Shown here: one piece after another, positions 10,103-20,121 of the stretch
Numbering within the stretch: the stretch's first letter is position 1
How the letters are laid out: every line of letters starts with the position of its first letter
Virus record (IMG/VR): IMGVR_UViG_3300025121_000776
Location: 64,001-128,000 of that record
Direction: 5' to 3' (one strand)
From: a virus
Length of the DNA stretch: 64,000 nucleotides
Program-made: the position numbers and the translations under genes
Notes under the pieces: generated by a model
Databases searched by the model: none
The model's input: only the letters and a program-made list of their open reading frames with translations
What the model was told of the DNA's origin: nothing

Positions 10103-11002
10103 ATGGTAAAATTTGGAGATAGGGGAGCGGAAGTTTCGGAAGTACAAAAGCTGTTATCATTATTAGGTTATGATTTAATAGTTGATAATACTTTTGGAAA
10201 TAAAACTCTTAGGTCGATTAAAGCCTTTCAAAAAAAATACGGACTACTTCAAGATGGAGTTGTTGGAGATAAAACTTTAACAGCATTAAAAGCTGCACAA
10301 AAAAGAACCGCAAAAGAAGATGTTGTTTCAGTGACTCCTGTAGATTATGGCGACTTAGAAATAAGCACTGAATATATAATGCCCGATAATCAATATATAA
10401 AACAAGTTACACCTAAAAGTCAAATTTTCATCCACTTTACAGCAGGTGGTCCAAGTGCAAAAAACACAATTAACTATTGGGAAGGAGATGAAACAAGAGT
10501 CGCAACATCATTTGTAGTAGACGGTAATTCTGGAATAGCATATGAAGCTTATAATCCAGATTATTGGGGGTTTCATTTGGGAATTAAAGGAACAAATGGA
10601 AAACTTGATAAAGCCTCTGTTGGCATAGAGATATGTGCTTATGGCCCTTTGATTAAAAAAGGAGATGAATATTTTGCTTGGCCAAACAACTACACGACAA
10701 AAGTTTCCTCAGAGAATGTTTATACATTAGATGTGCCATTTAGGGGATATAAATATTATTATAAATATACCGACAAACAACTTGAAAATTTGGAACATCT
10801 TTTATTGTTTTTAGTTAAAAAATACAACATAAAAGTTCAAGACAATTTTAACGCATCATGGTTGGACTACAATCAAGAGCTTATTGATAAATGTTTGCCT
10901 GGAATATGGTCTCACACAAATGTAAGAAAAGATAAATTTGATTCATATCCAGACGAGAGATTGTTTGAAATACTTAATAAAATTTCTAAAGAAGTAAATT
11001 AA
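10103..11002 (+). CDS. N-acetylmuramoyl-L-alanine amidase with peptidoglycan-binding domain (endolysin-like)
   Basis: PG_binding_1 motifs (DNTFGNKT, DGVVGDKT); amidase_2 motifs IHFTAG, SVGIE, WSH...KFDSYP. Confidence 0.9.
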   Translation: MVKFGDRGAEVSEVQKLLSLLGYDLIVDNTFGNKTLRSIKAFQKKYGLLQDGVVGDKTLTALKAAQKRTAKEDVVSVTPVDYGDLEISTEYIMPDNQYIKQVTPKSQIFIHFTAGGPSAKNTINYWEGDETRVATSFVVDGNSGIAYEAYNPDYWGFHLGIKGTNGKLDKASVGIEICAYGPLIKKGDEYFAWPNNYTTKVSSENVYTLDVPFRGYKYYYKYTDKQLENLEHLLLFLVKKYNIKVQDNFNASWLDYNQELIDKCLPGIWSHTNVRKDKFDSYPDERLFEILNKISKEVN

Positions 11003-11003
11003 A

Positions 11004-11297
11004 ATGACAAGAGAAGATGAAATAAAAGTTCGAGAAATGATAAAAAGCGCCCTCGACAAAGAAATAAAAAAAGAACGTGAAGACGCTGAAAGAAATCTAT
11101 CTAAACTTTTTAAAGATAGTGAAAAAGCTCAGAAGGATGAATTTTTATCATCTCTCAAAAAAGAACTCAATTCAATAGATAAAAAATTCTTAACCAAACA
11201 GGAAATAAAAGACTTATTATCTAAAGCATTTATGAAACAGCATAAGTTTATGTGGGAAAAATCAAAATTTATAACGACATATTTTAACGATTTATAA
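11004..11297 (+). CDS. hypothetical protein
   Basis: ORF with N-terminal VREMIKSAL helix. Confidence 0.7.
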   Translation: MTREDEIKVREMIKSALDKEIKKEREDAERNLSKLFKDSEKAQKDEFLSSLKKELNSIDKKFLTKQEIKDLLSKAFMKQHKFMWEKSKFITTYFNDL

Positions 11298-11299
11298 TT

Positions 11300-11983
11300 A
11301 TGGATGAAAATACAAGAAAAAAAGTAATAGAAATAATCAGAGAAACTATAGATGAAGTAGTTTATGATGAAATGAGACAAATGCCAAAGAAATTGCAGGC
11401 AAAACAAGAAGAAATGAGTAAAACTAAAGCTCAAAGGGCTCAAGATGCTCATGATGCATTATTTGGAAAAAAAGAGGAAGAACATAATTATAAATTGCAA
11501 CTTCATGAAAACGAAGAAAAACCTAAAGTCTTAGCAAATGAACTTAGTCAATTTGAAAAAGAGTTTAAAAGCCATTTTCCAGGAATTTCATTTGATAAAC
11601 AAAGTGGTAATGGGCAAATAGTTGATTTTCCAATAAAAGATGGAAAAACAGATGCTATAACATCTGGAACAATAACAGTTGGACAAGATAAAATCGGATT
11701 TTCAATGTCTTTAACAAATGGGCTTAAAATTGAAAGCGTTGCCGATAATGGAATGCCAAAAGAATTTGAAATAAATAAAGATACAAAAGATGTATTTGGT
11801 AAATTATTAAATTTGTACGAAGAGGTATTCAAGAAAAAATTTAATGAAATTATAAATCCGCAAGAAGAAGGTGGAACTGGAGAAGAAGCAGGTGAAACAA
11901 TGACAGCAGCATCTGTTGCACATCCAGCTATGCCAGGAACACCTCCAGCAGGAACGCCTCCAGCAGGAACGCCTCCAGTATAA
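11300..11983 (+). CDS. putative virion/head protein
   Basis: N-terminal VIEIIRETIDE helix; C-terminal GTPPA repeats. Confidence 0.6.
   Translation: MDENTRKKVIEIIRETIDEVVYDEMRQMPKKLQAKQEEMSKTKAQRAQDAHDALFGKKEEEHNYKLQLHENEEKPKVLANELSQFEKEFKSHFPGISFDKQSGNGQIVDFPIKDGKTDAITSGTITVGQDKIGFSMSLTNGLKIESVADNGMPKEFEINKDTKDVFGKLLNLYEEVFKKKFNEIINPQEEGGTGEEAGETMTAASVAHPAMPGTPPAGTPPAGTPPV
11936..11980 (+). repeat. 15-nt coding tandem repeat x3 (GTPPA)
   Basis: GGAACRCCTCCAGYA three times. Confidence 0.9.
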
Positions 11984-12040
11984 TACAAATTTAAAAATAA
12001 CTATTTAATTTTTCTTTTTTAAGGTTTATATTTTTGTTAT

Positions 12041-12331
12041 ATGCACTCAATTCAACAAATAATAGAAAATCAAACTAAGTTTAAAGAAGATATACTTTCT
12101 TTTTTTTCGAAAGAAAATGCCGAAGCAAAAAAAATGCTTAATGACATAAAATCGGAAGATGAATTTATTATTAAAGAAAAAAACAAATTAAAAAACAGAT
12201 TCAAAAAAATCAAAGAAGAGAATCATTTTAATCGTTTGTTTTTTTTACATTCTAATAGAAATACAAGTATATATGTTTGGTGGGATGAAAACGAAAAAGA
12301 AGCTAAAATTTTAAAATATGACAAAAGATAG
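12041..12331 (+). CDS. hypothetical protein
   Basis: ORF. Confidence 0.7.
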   Translation: MHSIQQIIENQTKFKEDILSFFSKENAEAKKMLNDIKSEDEFIIKEKNKLKNRFKKIKEENHFNRLFFLHSNRNTSIYVWWDENEKEAKILKYDKR

Positions 12332-12647
12332 AAAAAACACTCAAGTTTATTTAATTGATATTAAATATAAGTTTCCAATGAATTGTTTTGAGGAATATTA
12401 TGGGGATAGCGTTAGTTATTCTTATATAGAACAAGAAAGCTATATAGATTTAAAAAAAATGATTTCAGAACTTATTTGCGATAAAATTAAATTTAGAAAG
12501 CATGAAAGAAATAAAATGGTTTTAACACTCAAAGTTGAAATGTTAGAAGATGAATTAGAAAAATTAAGATATTTATTAAAAGAAAATAAACTTAAGTTTC
12601 TTCACGATTATGAAATAAGTGATATAAAAAATTTTAAAAAAGAATAG
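12318..12647 (+). CDS. hypothetical protein
   Basis: ORF overlapping the upstream gene. Confidence 0.7.
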   Translation: MTKDRKNTQVYLIDIKYKFPMNCFEEYYGDSVSYSYIEQESYIDLKKMISELICDKIKFRKHERNKMVLTLKVEMLEDELEKLRYLLKENKLKFLHDYEISDIKNFKKE

Positions 12648-12649
12648 TT

Positions 12650-13729
12650 ATGGAACAGTCACAATTAACGCCAGCTCAAATAGAAGTGATAAGACAACAA
12701 AGAACACAGCGTTTTAAAAGCATGGGTTTACCAGCCACAGCTGGTCAGCTTGCAGATATGCCAATTGAAAACATGCCAACTCAAAGAGTTGCTGTAGCAC
12801 CAACACCTGTTGTCGAAGAACAAGTTCGCCCACAGCAATATGTTCAATCAAAATATGCTCAACAACAAGTTCAACAACCACAATATGCTCAGCAGGAACA
12901 AAAAGTTGCAGGCATAGAAATGGAAAATGGGGCTAATATTGCCCAACAAATACAAATTCAATTAGCAGAAGAAAAACAACAAAGTCAAGCCGCTATGTAC
13001 ACTGCTCCAAGAGATAGATATAGTGCATTGGAAGCAATTAAGAGGGGGGCAAAAAAACAAGAGATTGGCGTTTTTATTAAAGCAGAAACAAAAGGAGTAA
13101 AAGGAGAACAGTTGCCAGAACCTAAAGTTGGAAAAAGAAAGCCAGTAAGACCTGGGCAACCACAAGAAAAGCCAAAGGTGTCAATAGCATTAGAGGGGAC
13201 AAGGGCCTCAAGAAATGCAGAGGCAGACGCACTTGAAAATATGTTTACAGACAAAGCTTCTGGAATCAGCATGCGCTCAACTTCTGGAGTGCCACAAGGC
13301 AATTTAATTACTGAAGATTATTCAAGTATAGGACCCACTTTTGACCCAGTAGCTCACTTAAAAAAGAAAGCCGCAGATAAAGGCGTAATGTTAGATTTGC
13401 CGTCACAAAGACAACAGCCACAGCAAAATCAAGTATTTCAACAAGCAAGTAATAATGATTTTATGTTAAATCAAATGATGCTGATGATGGAGACAATGAT
13501 GAAAAACAACCAAAAAAGTGGTAGTTATGATTTAGAGTCTTTGAAACCGATGATAGAAGCTACAGCAAAAAAAGTTGCTGAAGATACAATAAGAAGAGTT
13601 TTAAAAGAGTATGCTGACAATCAAAAGAAAAAAAATGTTTATGAAGTCGTAAATCAAGAAAAAAAAGTCGTAAGAATAGGGGATAAACTTTACAAACTAA
13701 CTCCAGTGACAATTAAATCTCAACTGTGA
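12650..13729 (+). CDS. Q-rich hypothetical protein
   Basis: Long ORF; its TGA stop lies in the GTGAAC end of the adjacent mobile element. Confidence 0.8.
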   Translation: MEQSQLTPAQIEVIRQQRTQRFKSMGLPATAGQLADMPIENMPTQRVAVAPTPVVEEQVRPQQYVQSKYAQQQVQQPQYAQQEQKVAGIEMENGANIAQQIQIQLAEEKQQSQAAMYTAPRDRYSALEAIKRGAKKQEIGVFIKAETKGVKGEQLPEPKVGKRKPVRPGQPQEKPKVSIALEGTRASRNAEADALENMFTDKASGISMRSTSGVPQGNLITEDYSSIGPTFDPVAHLKKKAADKGVMLDLPSQRQQPQQNQVFQQASNNDFMLNQMMLMMETMMKNNQKSGSYDLESLKPMIEATAKKVAEDTIRRVLKEYADNQKKKNVYEVVNQEKKVVRIGDKLYKLTPVTIKSQL

Positions 13730-13928
13730 ACAAATAATTAGCAAAGCCAATTAAATTTCCACGTTGCAAGCACAACCTATTGGTTCACTTTTAATTATAA
13801 ATATGCAAAAAATTTATAAAATCGAATTTATTTGTAACTATTTTAAAAAAATTTTGTATAATTGTAAAAACAACAGCAATTCATCCAAGTCACACTTCGT
13901 TATGACTTGGTTTTTTGCTGAAAATCTT
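13726..13928 (-). mobile_element. non-autonomous IS200/IS605-derived element (MITE/PATE-like), copy 1
   Basis: Minus strand: TTTGT|AAGATTTTCAGC left end, hairpin CCAAGTCA/TGACTTGG followed by GATGAATTGC, right-end hairpin and terminal GTTCAC; about 150 nt aligns with 60174-60514. Confidence 0.75.
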
Positions 13929-14439
13929 ACAAATCATCAATAGAAAAGTTATTTGTAAAAATAACTTTTAATGTAGGTGTAAATTTAACCTCTCCAGCAT
14001 ACCATTCTTTAAGAAATTGTTGGGGAGTTTTCTTTAATTCTACCACTCCTCTTTGGGCGACAACTCCATATATTTGACCATTCCTGCATAATCTAATCAA
14101 ATTACTTTGACTATATATTGAATTAACAAATACAACCCATTTGTTTTTTATTGCACTTTCTATATGTTGTGTAGTGTGACAAGATTTACACAAAGTTACT
14201 CCCTTTGTTAATTCTGGTTGAGTTTTATTAACCTCATATATGTGAAAAAATAAACAATCTTTTTTTCTGTGGTCTGGAGGAGTGTGTCCGCACCCAGAGC
14301 AACGACCTTTATCTATTGCAAAAGCCTCGCCGCTTAATTTATCAAACAATTCTTGCCCATAATCTTTAATAAATGCCTTTTCTGGATAATTGTTTGACAC
14401 AGATAAGGCAAACTGTCTTACTAATTCTTCTTCTCTCAT
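13927..14439 (-). CDS. HNH-type endonuclease-like protein
   Basis: CSGC...H...TLCKSCHTTQH; TATATTTG promoter at 14444-14451 (minus). Confidence 0.7.
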   Translation of the reverse strand: MREEELVRQFALSVSNNYPEKAFIKDYGQELFDKLSGEAFAIDKGRCSGCGHTPPDHRKKDCLFFHIYEVNKTQPELTKGVTLCKSCHTTQHIESAIKNKWVVFVNSIYSQSNLIRLCRNGQIYGVVAQRGVVELKKTPQQFLKEWYAGEVKFTPTLKVIFTNNFSIDDL

Positions 14440-14549
14440 AAGGCAAATATATAACTTTTTTTTTACATTTTGAATAATTTTTAAAAAAAGTTTATTGGTT
14501 TTTTGATTTTTATCTTTTATTGTATATTTATATAAAAAATTAATTAATT

Positions 14550-15275
14550 ATGAGTACTATTAAATTCAAAACCAAAGAAGAGTTTGCAAATTATATTAAA
14601 ACACAAGCAAACGAAATTCTTCAAGAAGAAAAAAAAATTGAAAATCTTGGTAACCCTATTGATTTGAAAATGAACAAGAACGATGGCTCAAAAGATTCAA
14701 CTGGAGCACAAGTTGACACAAAAGGGAAAATGAAAACTGCGGCTCCAACTAATATTCCAAAAGAATTTAAAACTACAGAAGACCCAACTGAAGTAAAAAT
14801 GGAAGAAAGAGCTGAGGGTTGGGATGAAAAAATTGCTACGGCAGCAAAAATAGAAGGAACAAAGTCAGAAAAATCTGGAACTGAAACAAATCCATTTGTT
14901 CAAGGACAACCAAAAGCAAAAGTTGACAGTAAAACTACTCAGCCAAATGTTTCCATAGAAGCTGACCCAACAAAAGAAGGTGGAATTCCTGGAAAAAAAG
15001 ACAATTCTGCAGAAATGAACAAAGAAGACAAAGAAGATAAATCCGAAAATCCAATGACGCAAGTGTTGGGAAAAGGTGAGATATCTAAAGATGGTTTCTC
15101 AAAAGGGCAAACAGGAAAAGAAGTTAACAAAGAAGCAAAAAACGAAAAAGATGAATATGAACAAAAACTTAGAGATTCTATTAAAACCATTCAACTACCA
15201 GAAGGATTTAAAAACAAAAAAGAAATGTTAGAATTTATAAGAAAAGAAGCAATTAAATTAACAAAAATTATCTAA
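14550..15275 (+). CDS. low-complexity putative head/scaffold-type protein
   Basis: K/E/T-rich and disordered; late motif at 14525; helical termini. Confidence 0.5.
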   Translation: MSTIKFKTKEEFANYIKTQANEILQEEKKIENLGNPIDLKMNKNDGSKDSTGAQVDTKGKMKTAAPTNIPKEFKTTEDPTEVKMEERAEGWDEKIATAAKIEGTKSEKSGTETNPFVQGQPKAKVDSKTTQPNVSIEADPTKEGGIPGKKDNSAEMNKEDKEDKSENPMTQVLGKGEISKDGFSKGQTGKEVNKEAKNEKDEYEQKLRDSIKTIQLPEGFKNKKEMLEFIRKEAIKLTKII

Positions 15276-15295
15276 TACAATATAAATTTTATTTT

Positions 15296-15329
15296 AAAAG
15301 TCAAGGCAAAAAGTCTTGACTTTTTTTTT
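15296..15329 (+). terminator. intrinsic terminator
   Basis: AAAAGTCAAG / CTTGACTTTT stem followed by a T-run. Confidence 0.8.
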
Positions 15330-15359
15330 GTTTTTGTTATATTTAGACAAAAACATCAT

Positions 15360-17378
15360 ATGCAAGTTTTAAACTTAGAGGAAATTAAAAGCGAATATTC
15401 TTTTTTATTTGAAGATAGTGAAGAAAACAAAGAAATTTATTTCTGCAATTGTGGCGAAATAACAGAAAGAAATAAAAAAATTGAAAAACATGTAAATTAT
15501 CTTTTTCCAGAAACACAAACGACTGTTTCAGAAACGCCTATAACAAATTTAATGTCGACAAAAGATGAGGATGATGATTATTTTGATTTATACAAAAGCA
15601 TTCAATTATCTCAAGATGATGATGGTTTTAAGTGCAGTGGATGTGATAAAAACTTTGCAACACTGGAAAATCAAAATAGATTAATTGTTAATAATTCTTT
15701 TTTTGTTTCTGGATATAATATTTTAGATAATGAAAGCGAATTATTTTTGTATTATGGCAAATTAAGGGCAAATATAATAAAAAACACAGACGGGAAATAT
15801 GTTCTTGCTTTTGATGAAAAAATAAAATACATAAAATACGATAAATTAACAAAAAAAACATTCTTTCAAGATTTTGACTCAAACGAAATAGAATTTGATT
15901 TAGATGGAATTATAAAAATTACAGACAATATCTTTTCTGAAGAAATAAAAAATATTTATAATTTATATCATATTCAAGTTTATATTGGAAAATTAGCCAA
16001 ATATGTTATTGACATTAACAACACAAATATTATAGAAGAGCTTTTAAGTGAAACAAAAAATAGATTTAATTATGCGGGTCTTGATGTAATTAAAAAAGCT
16101 ATATCTATTTTCTTCGGAATTATAAAATACTCCAACCTATCGACAATCGCTTTAACAAAGGGGTGTAAGTTTCTATATGACTTAATGAAAGAGTGTGACA
16201 TTCCTAGTGTAAAAAAACTCACAGAAAGCGGTCTAACATCCCCAATACCAATATTTAATCATTTAGTAAGTAATTATATTAAAAAAGTCAACGAAGAGGT
16301 TAATGAAGACAACAAGGAGATTCATGAGTTTCTATTTAAATCAAGTCAAATGATTAAAATGGACATTGATGAGTCTGATAAAAAACAAGAAGCCAAAAAT
16401 TTTGAAATAATAGACGGTGAGGAGAAAGAAATGAAAATTGTTTACAAAGAGAATAAAGATTATAAAACAAAAGTTACACATAATGCTGATGTAAACAAAT
16501 TCCACGTAATGGAAATATCAAATGATGCCAACGCTTCAAAGTTTATATATAAAAACATTAAAAACTTCTCAGACTATAAACAATTGCTAAAATATTTTAA
16601 ATTCTATGATAAACACCAAATAATTACATTGTTACAAAAATATGAAATAGATTTATTAACAAGAGTTATAGACTTAGTTTACTTTAGAGATTCAGTTGAT
16701 ATCAAAGAATTTGAGAGAATTATAACAATAATCAAAGATTTTATAACTCAAGAAACCTTAGCAATAAAACCAACTCTCAATATGGAAAACTTTAAACCAG
16801 ATTATTCTTTTGTAAGCAAGTTTGAGTTTATATATTACGATGATAGTATAATGATGATGGAAGTTCTTGGGTTTGACCCCAGAAGAGAGTTCAATAAAAT
16901 AAAAACGCACAAAGAGTTAATGGATTATCATAATAATTTAGTTAAATATTTTAATGTCGTATCAGATAAAGAAAAAAATGCTAAATTTAAAAGTTTCGTG
17001 GCAAGATTTAAGTTTTTAGAAGATAGAGGAGATTATGTTGGACCGCTTGAACTTAAATTAATAGAAACTCCAGCAATGCTTATAGCAGAAGGGGTTCAAA
17101 TGAAACATAGTGCTGGTTCATATTCCAAAAAAGTAATAACAGAATCTTATATTATAGGACAAATATTTGATAGAACGCCAGGACTTCCAGCAGAAGATTT
17201 GAATAGATTCACAATTGGATTTACGTTTGACAGTGTGAATGGATTAGAATTTCATCAAGTAAAGGGAATTATGAATAAACCAGGAACCGATAGGTTTAAA
17301 AAATTATTAATGGAATATCTTACAGAGAAAGATATTTCTTTCAGACCAATAATGGATTTAAAACTACGAAACGAATAA
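15360..17378 (+). CDS. PcfJ-like domain protein
   Basis: C-terminal EGVQMKHSAGSY...RFTIGF...HQVKGIMN; N-terminal Cys pairs. Confidence 0.65.
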   Translation: MQVLNLEEIKSEYSFLFEDSEENKEIYFCNCGEITERNKKIEKHVNYLFPETQTTVSETPITNLMSTKDEDDDYFDLYKSIQLSQDDDGFKCSGCDKNFATLENQNRLIVNNSFFVSGYNILDNESELFLYYGKLRANIIKNTDGKYVLAFDEKIKYIKYDKLTKKTFFQDFDSNEIEFDLDGIIKITDNIFSEEIKNIYNLYHIQVYIGKLAKYVIDINNTNIIEELLSETKNRFNYAGLDVIKKAISIFFGIIKYSNLSTIALTKGCKFLYDLMKECDIPSVKKLTESGLTSPIPIFNHLVSNYIKKVNEEVNEDNKEIHEFLFKSSQMIKMDIDESDKKQEAKNFEIIDGEEKEMKIVYKENKDYKTKVTHNADVNKFHVMEISNDANASKFIYKNIKNFSDYKQLLKYFKFYDKHQIITLLQKYEIDLLTRVIDLVYFRDSVDIKEFERIITIIKDFITQETLAIKPTLNMENFKPDYSFVSKFEFIYYDDSIMMMEVLGFDPRREFNKIKTHKELMDYHNNLVKYFNVVSDKEKNAKFKSFVARFKFLEDRGDYVGPLELKLIETPAMLIAEGVQMKHSAGSYSKKVITESYIIGQIFDRTPGLPAEDLNRFTIGFTFDSVNGLEFHQVKGIMNKPGTDRFKKLLMEYLTEKDISFRPIMDLKLRNE

Positions 17379-17471
17379 TAATATTTTAAATAGTTGCAAA
17401 CAAATTCAATTTTATAAAATTTCATGATTGATTGTTTTTTAAAAATTTATATATTTATTAAAAACACTTCT

Positions 17472-17944
17472 ATGAAAAATAGCATAAAAAATTTCTTATT
17501 AGAATCCGTAAGTGAAAAAGATGACAATTTCATCCATATCAAAGGTGATACTATTGCAAAAGTACTTGATGTGGATTTTGATAACAAAGATGATTATGTA
17601 AAAATAGACTTTTTAACCACTTAAAATATTCTTTTGTAGCTAAGTTCACAGATTTCAAAAAATGGTTAACTATCAATATTAAAAAAGGAGAAAATTCTTC
17701 TTTATTTAAAAAGTATCTTTCTGATTATTTCGATAGTGCAAAAGAGGTTGACATAAAACAAATAAATGAAATAATTGATGATACAAATGAAATTATGCCA
17801 GACCAGGATATTTCCTCTAATGCAACAGGAAGAATGGTTGGGGCGGGACATACAATGGATTTGGAAAAAATATTTAAAAGGTCAATGACTCCATCAGTAA
17901 GAAATTATTCTGGAAACTTAGGCTTGGGAACTGTAGTTTGGTAA
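17472..17944 (+). pseudogene. frameshifted hypothetical gene
   Basis: Frame from ATG 17472 stops at 17624; the -1 frame is open 17594-17944 with protein-like sequence (VAKFTDFKKW...GLGTVVW) and no nearby ATG. Confidence 0.65.
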
Positions 17945-17963
17945 TATACAAAAATTAGATAAA

Positions 17964-18419
17964 ATGAAAAAAGATAAAAGAATGATTGAAATTATGACTT
18001 CTCTTGAAGAGTCTCATGAAGTTTACAAAGACAATTCAAAAGAGCCAGATGCTGAAAAAATCTTAGCAGAAAATAAAAGATTAAGAACTCTTATTTCTAG
18101 AAGCACAAATTCCGACTTCAAAAGTGAGAATTACTATATAGCTGGTAAGTTTGGTACTGGCGGTAGAGGAAAAACAGTTAATTCTTTTTTAGATGATTAT
18201 AAAGAAAATCCAGCTGTAAAAACCCCTAAAGTAGCACCATCAAATCTTAAACCAGATGAAGCACTAGAAATTTGTATTAAAAGAGTTTTGAAATCTGGAA
18301 CTCCAATTAATAACATTTCATTTTATGATGAAGTAAATTGGAATTTAATGAACTTAGGATTTCCTGCAGTTAATGAAATTGATATAAAAACTACAATTCT
18401 TTCAATGATTGGAGAATAA
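17964..18419 (+). CDS. hypothetical protein
   Basis: ORF. Confidence 0.75.
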   Translation: MKKDKRMIEIMTSLEESHEVYKDNSKEPDAEKILAENKRLRTLISRSTNSDFKSENYYIAGKFGTGGRGKTVNSFLDDYKENPAVKTPKVAPSNLKPDEALEICIKRVLKSGTPINNISFYDEVNWNLMNLGFPAVNEIDIKTTILSMIGE

Positions 18420-18421
18420 TT

Positions 18422-18991
18422 ATGAAAAATGTTCTCAGAAAAATAATCAGAGAGCAAATTGATTTATTATTCGAATCTTATGAAATGAATAATGACAATA
18501 AAAGCTATGTTCCACCACAAAAAGTAGCTGAAACAGCACAAGCGGCATTGAGTGCCATAGGCAAAGCACAACAAAATGGAATTCAACCAACGAGTATAGA
18601 TGCCAACCAAAATCAAGGAAGTGGGAGAATGAAGGCAAAAAAACTTGCTCAAAAAGTCCCACAAAGCTTCACTGAAATGAAAAGACTTAAAGCTTTTTTT
18701 GAGGCTAATACTGCAAAAGTAACAGAAGAAAGAAAAAAATTAGGCATTATTCAACAAAGAATAGGTACAGTAGACGAAATGGGCAAATCTAATCTTTTAT
18801 TGGTTTGGAATTTACATGGAGGAGATGCTTGTAAAAAATGGGTAACAGAGAAATTATCAAACTCGCATGATGATGAGTTAAAAACAAAAGAAAGATTTAG
18901 ATTTGCTGGCGGACACGATAAAAACGACAATAAAGGGTTTGGGGCTTTGGGATTCTTGCACGACCCCTCACAACAAAGAATTCGTAGATAA
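18422..18991 (+). CDS. putative phage head-associated protein
   Basis: LRKIIREQ N-terminus; PPQKVA...MKRLKAFF...WNLHGGD resembles a common phage head-protein domain. Confidence 0.55.
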   Translation: MKNVLRKIIREQIDLLFESYEMNNDNKSYVPPQKVAETAQAALSAIGKAQQNGIQPTSIDANQNQGSGRMKAKKLAQKVPQSFTEMKRLKAFFEANTAKVTEERKKLGIIQQRIGTVDEMGKSNLLLVWNLHGGDACKKWVTEKLSNSHDDELKTKERFRFAGGHDKNDNKGFGALGFLHDPSQQRIRR

Positions 18992-19053
18992 TTTTGTTTT
19001 CTATATTTTTTTACGTACATTTGTGATTATTAATTTAAATAAAATATAATCAC

Positions 19054-19629
19054 ATGAAACAATTGAATTATTTATCGCTTAAAGATGTTGTTACACCAGA
19101 AATTTTGGTTGAAACTTTAGAAAAAACTGTTGTTTTCGCTGGCGGTGGACAGCACATGGATGCAGATGATGAGTTACTTGCTTTATCAAAATTCATTCAA
19201 GAAAACACTGACCATAATTCAGACATCAACCCAGCAAGAATTAAATATCTTTACACAACACTTGTAAAGAAAGATGGGGGAAAATATGTTTTAGGGGGAC
19301 TAAAACCACGTGCAGAAGAAGAAAGAATGATTAATGATGATTATGATTACATCCTTTTTATTCACTATAAATCATGGAAAGAATTGGATATTGAGAATAA
19401 AATCATTTTGCTTGATAAAATTCTTTGCGGTGTTGAAATTGATGTTAACGACAAGGTTAAAAAACAACCTGTGGACATTAAAGAATACGATAGTAATCTT
19501 AAGTGTTTTGGAGTAGAAAAGGCATTAAATAGCTCTGAAATTATCTCTATGGCTATTGATAGAATTGTTACCCAAGAAAAAGAAGAAAGAAAAGAAAAAA
19601 AGAGAAAAGAAAAAGACGGTAACGAATAG
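19054..19629 (+). CDS. phage metallopeptidase-like protein, probably inactive
   Basis: IKYLY...DYILFIH..SW...LLDKILC...DIKEY; the expected HELxH is absent. Confidence 0.5.
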   Translation: MKQLNYLSLKDVVTPEILVETLEKTVVFAGGGQHMDADDELLALSKFIQENTDHNSDINPARIKYLYTTLVKKDGGKYVLGGLKPRAEEERMINDDYDYILFIHYKSWKELDIENKIILLDKILCGVEIDVNDKVKKQPVDIKEYDSNLKCFGVEKALNSSEIISMAIDRIVTQEKEERKEKKRKEKDGNE

Positions 19630-19636
19630 TAATATT

Positions 19637-19903
19637 ATGGAAAATACAAGAAAAAAAATGATATTGGCAGTTTTATCTCAATGCGTAGCAGAAAGAGATA
19701 AGTCCACCTTTGCCATTAATGGCCTTTTAGACAAAGGGTTTTCTCATGATGACGATAATATTTCAGCTCTTAAAAAAGAATTTGAAAAGATTTCTCAATC
19801 AGAACTTAGTATAGAATCCATTCAAATATTTTATGCCAAAAATTTTACCACAGAACCAATAGTTGAACCAAAAAAAGAAGAATCAAATGATAATAATCCT
19901 TAA
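19637..19903 (+). CDS. hypothetical protein
   Basis: ATG 19637 follows the upstream stop. Confidence 0.7.
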   Translation: MENTRKKMILAVLSQCVAERDKSTFAINGLLDKGFSHDDDNISALKKEFEKISQSELSIESIQIFYAKNFTTEPIVEPKKEESNDNNP

Positions 19904-20120
19904 AATCATATTAACACTATTTATTGCTTTTGGTTGGTTTATAGGAAAAACCTTATACCAAGACCTTAAGCAAACAGAAAAAACCCCAGAGTACGAAGAA
20001 AGCACTGTGGCAGACAAAATTAAAATAAAGTCAATGCTTTATTTCTCTCTCATTACAATCATTGCATTTTGCTTGCTTCTTTTATATTTTGTGGTTTCAC
20101 CAATGCAAATAACATGGTAA
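19887..20120 (+). CDS. small two-TM membrane protein
   Basis: Two hydrophobic segments. Confidence 0.7.
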   Translation: MIIILKIILTLFIAFGWFIGKTLYQDLKQTEKTPEYEESTVADKIKIKSMLYFSLITIIAFCLLLLYFVVSPMQITW

Positions 20121-20121
20121 T

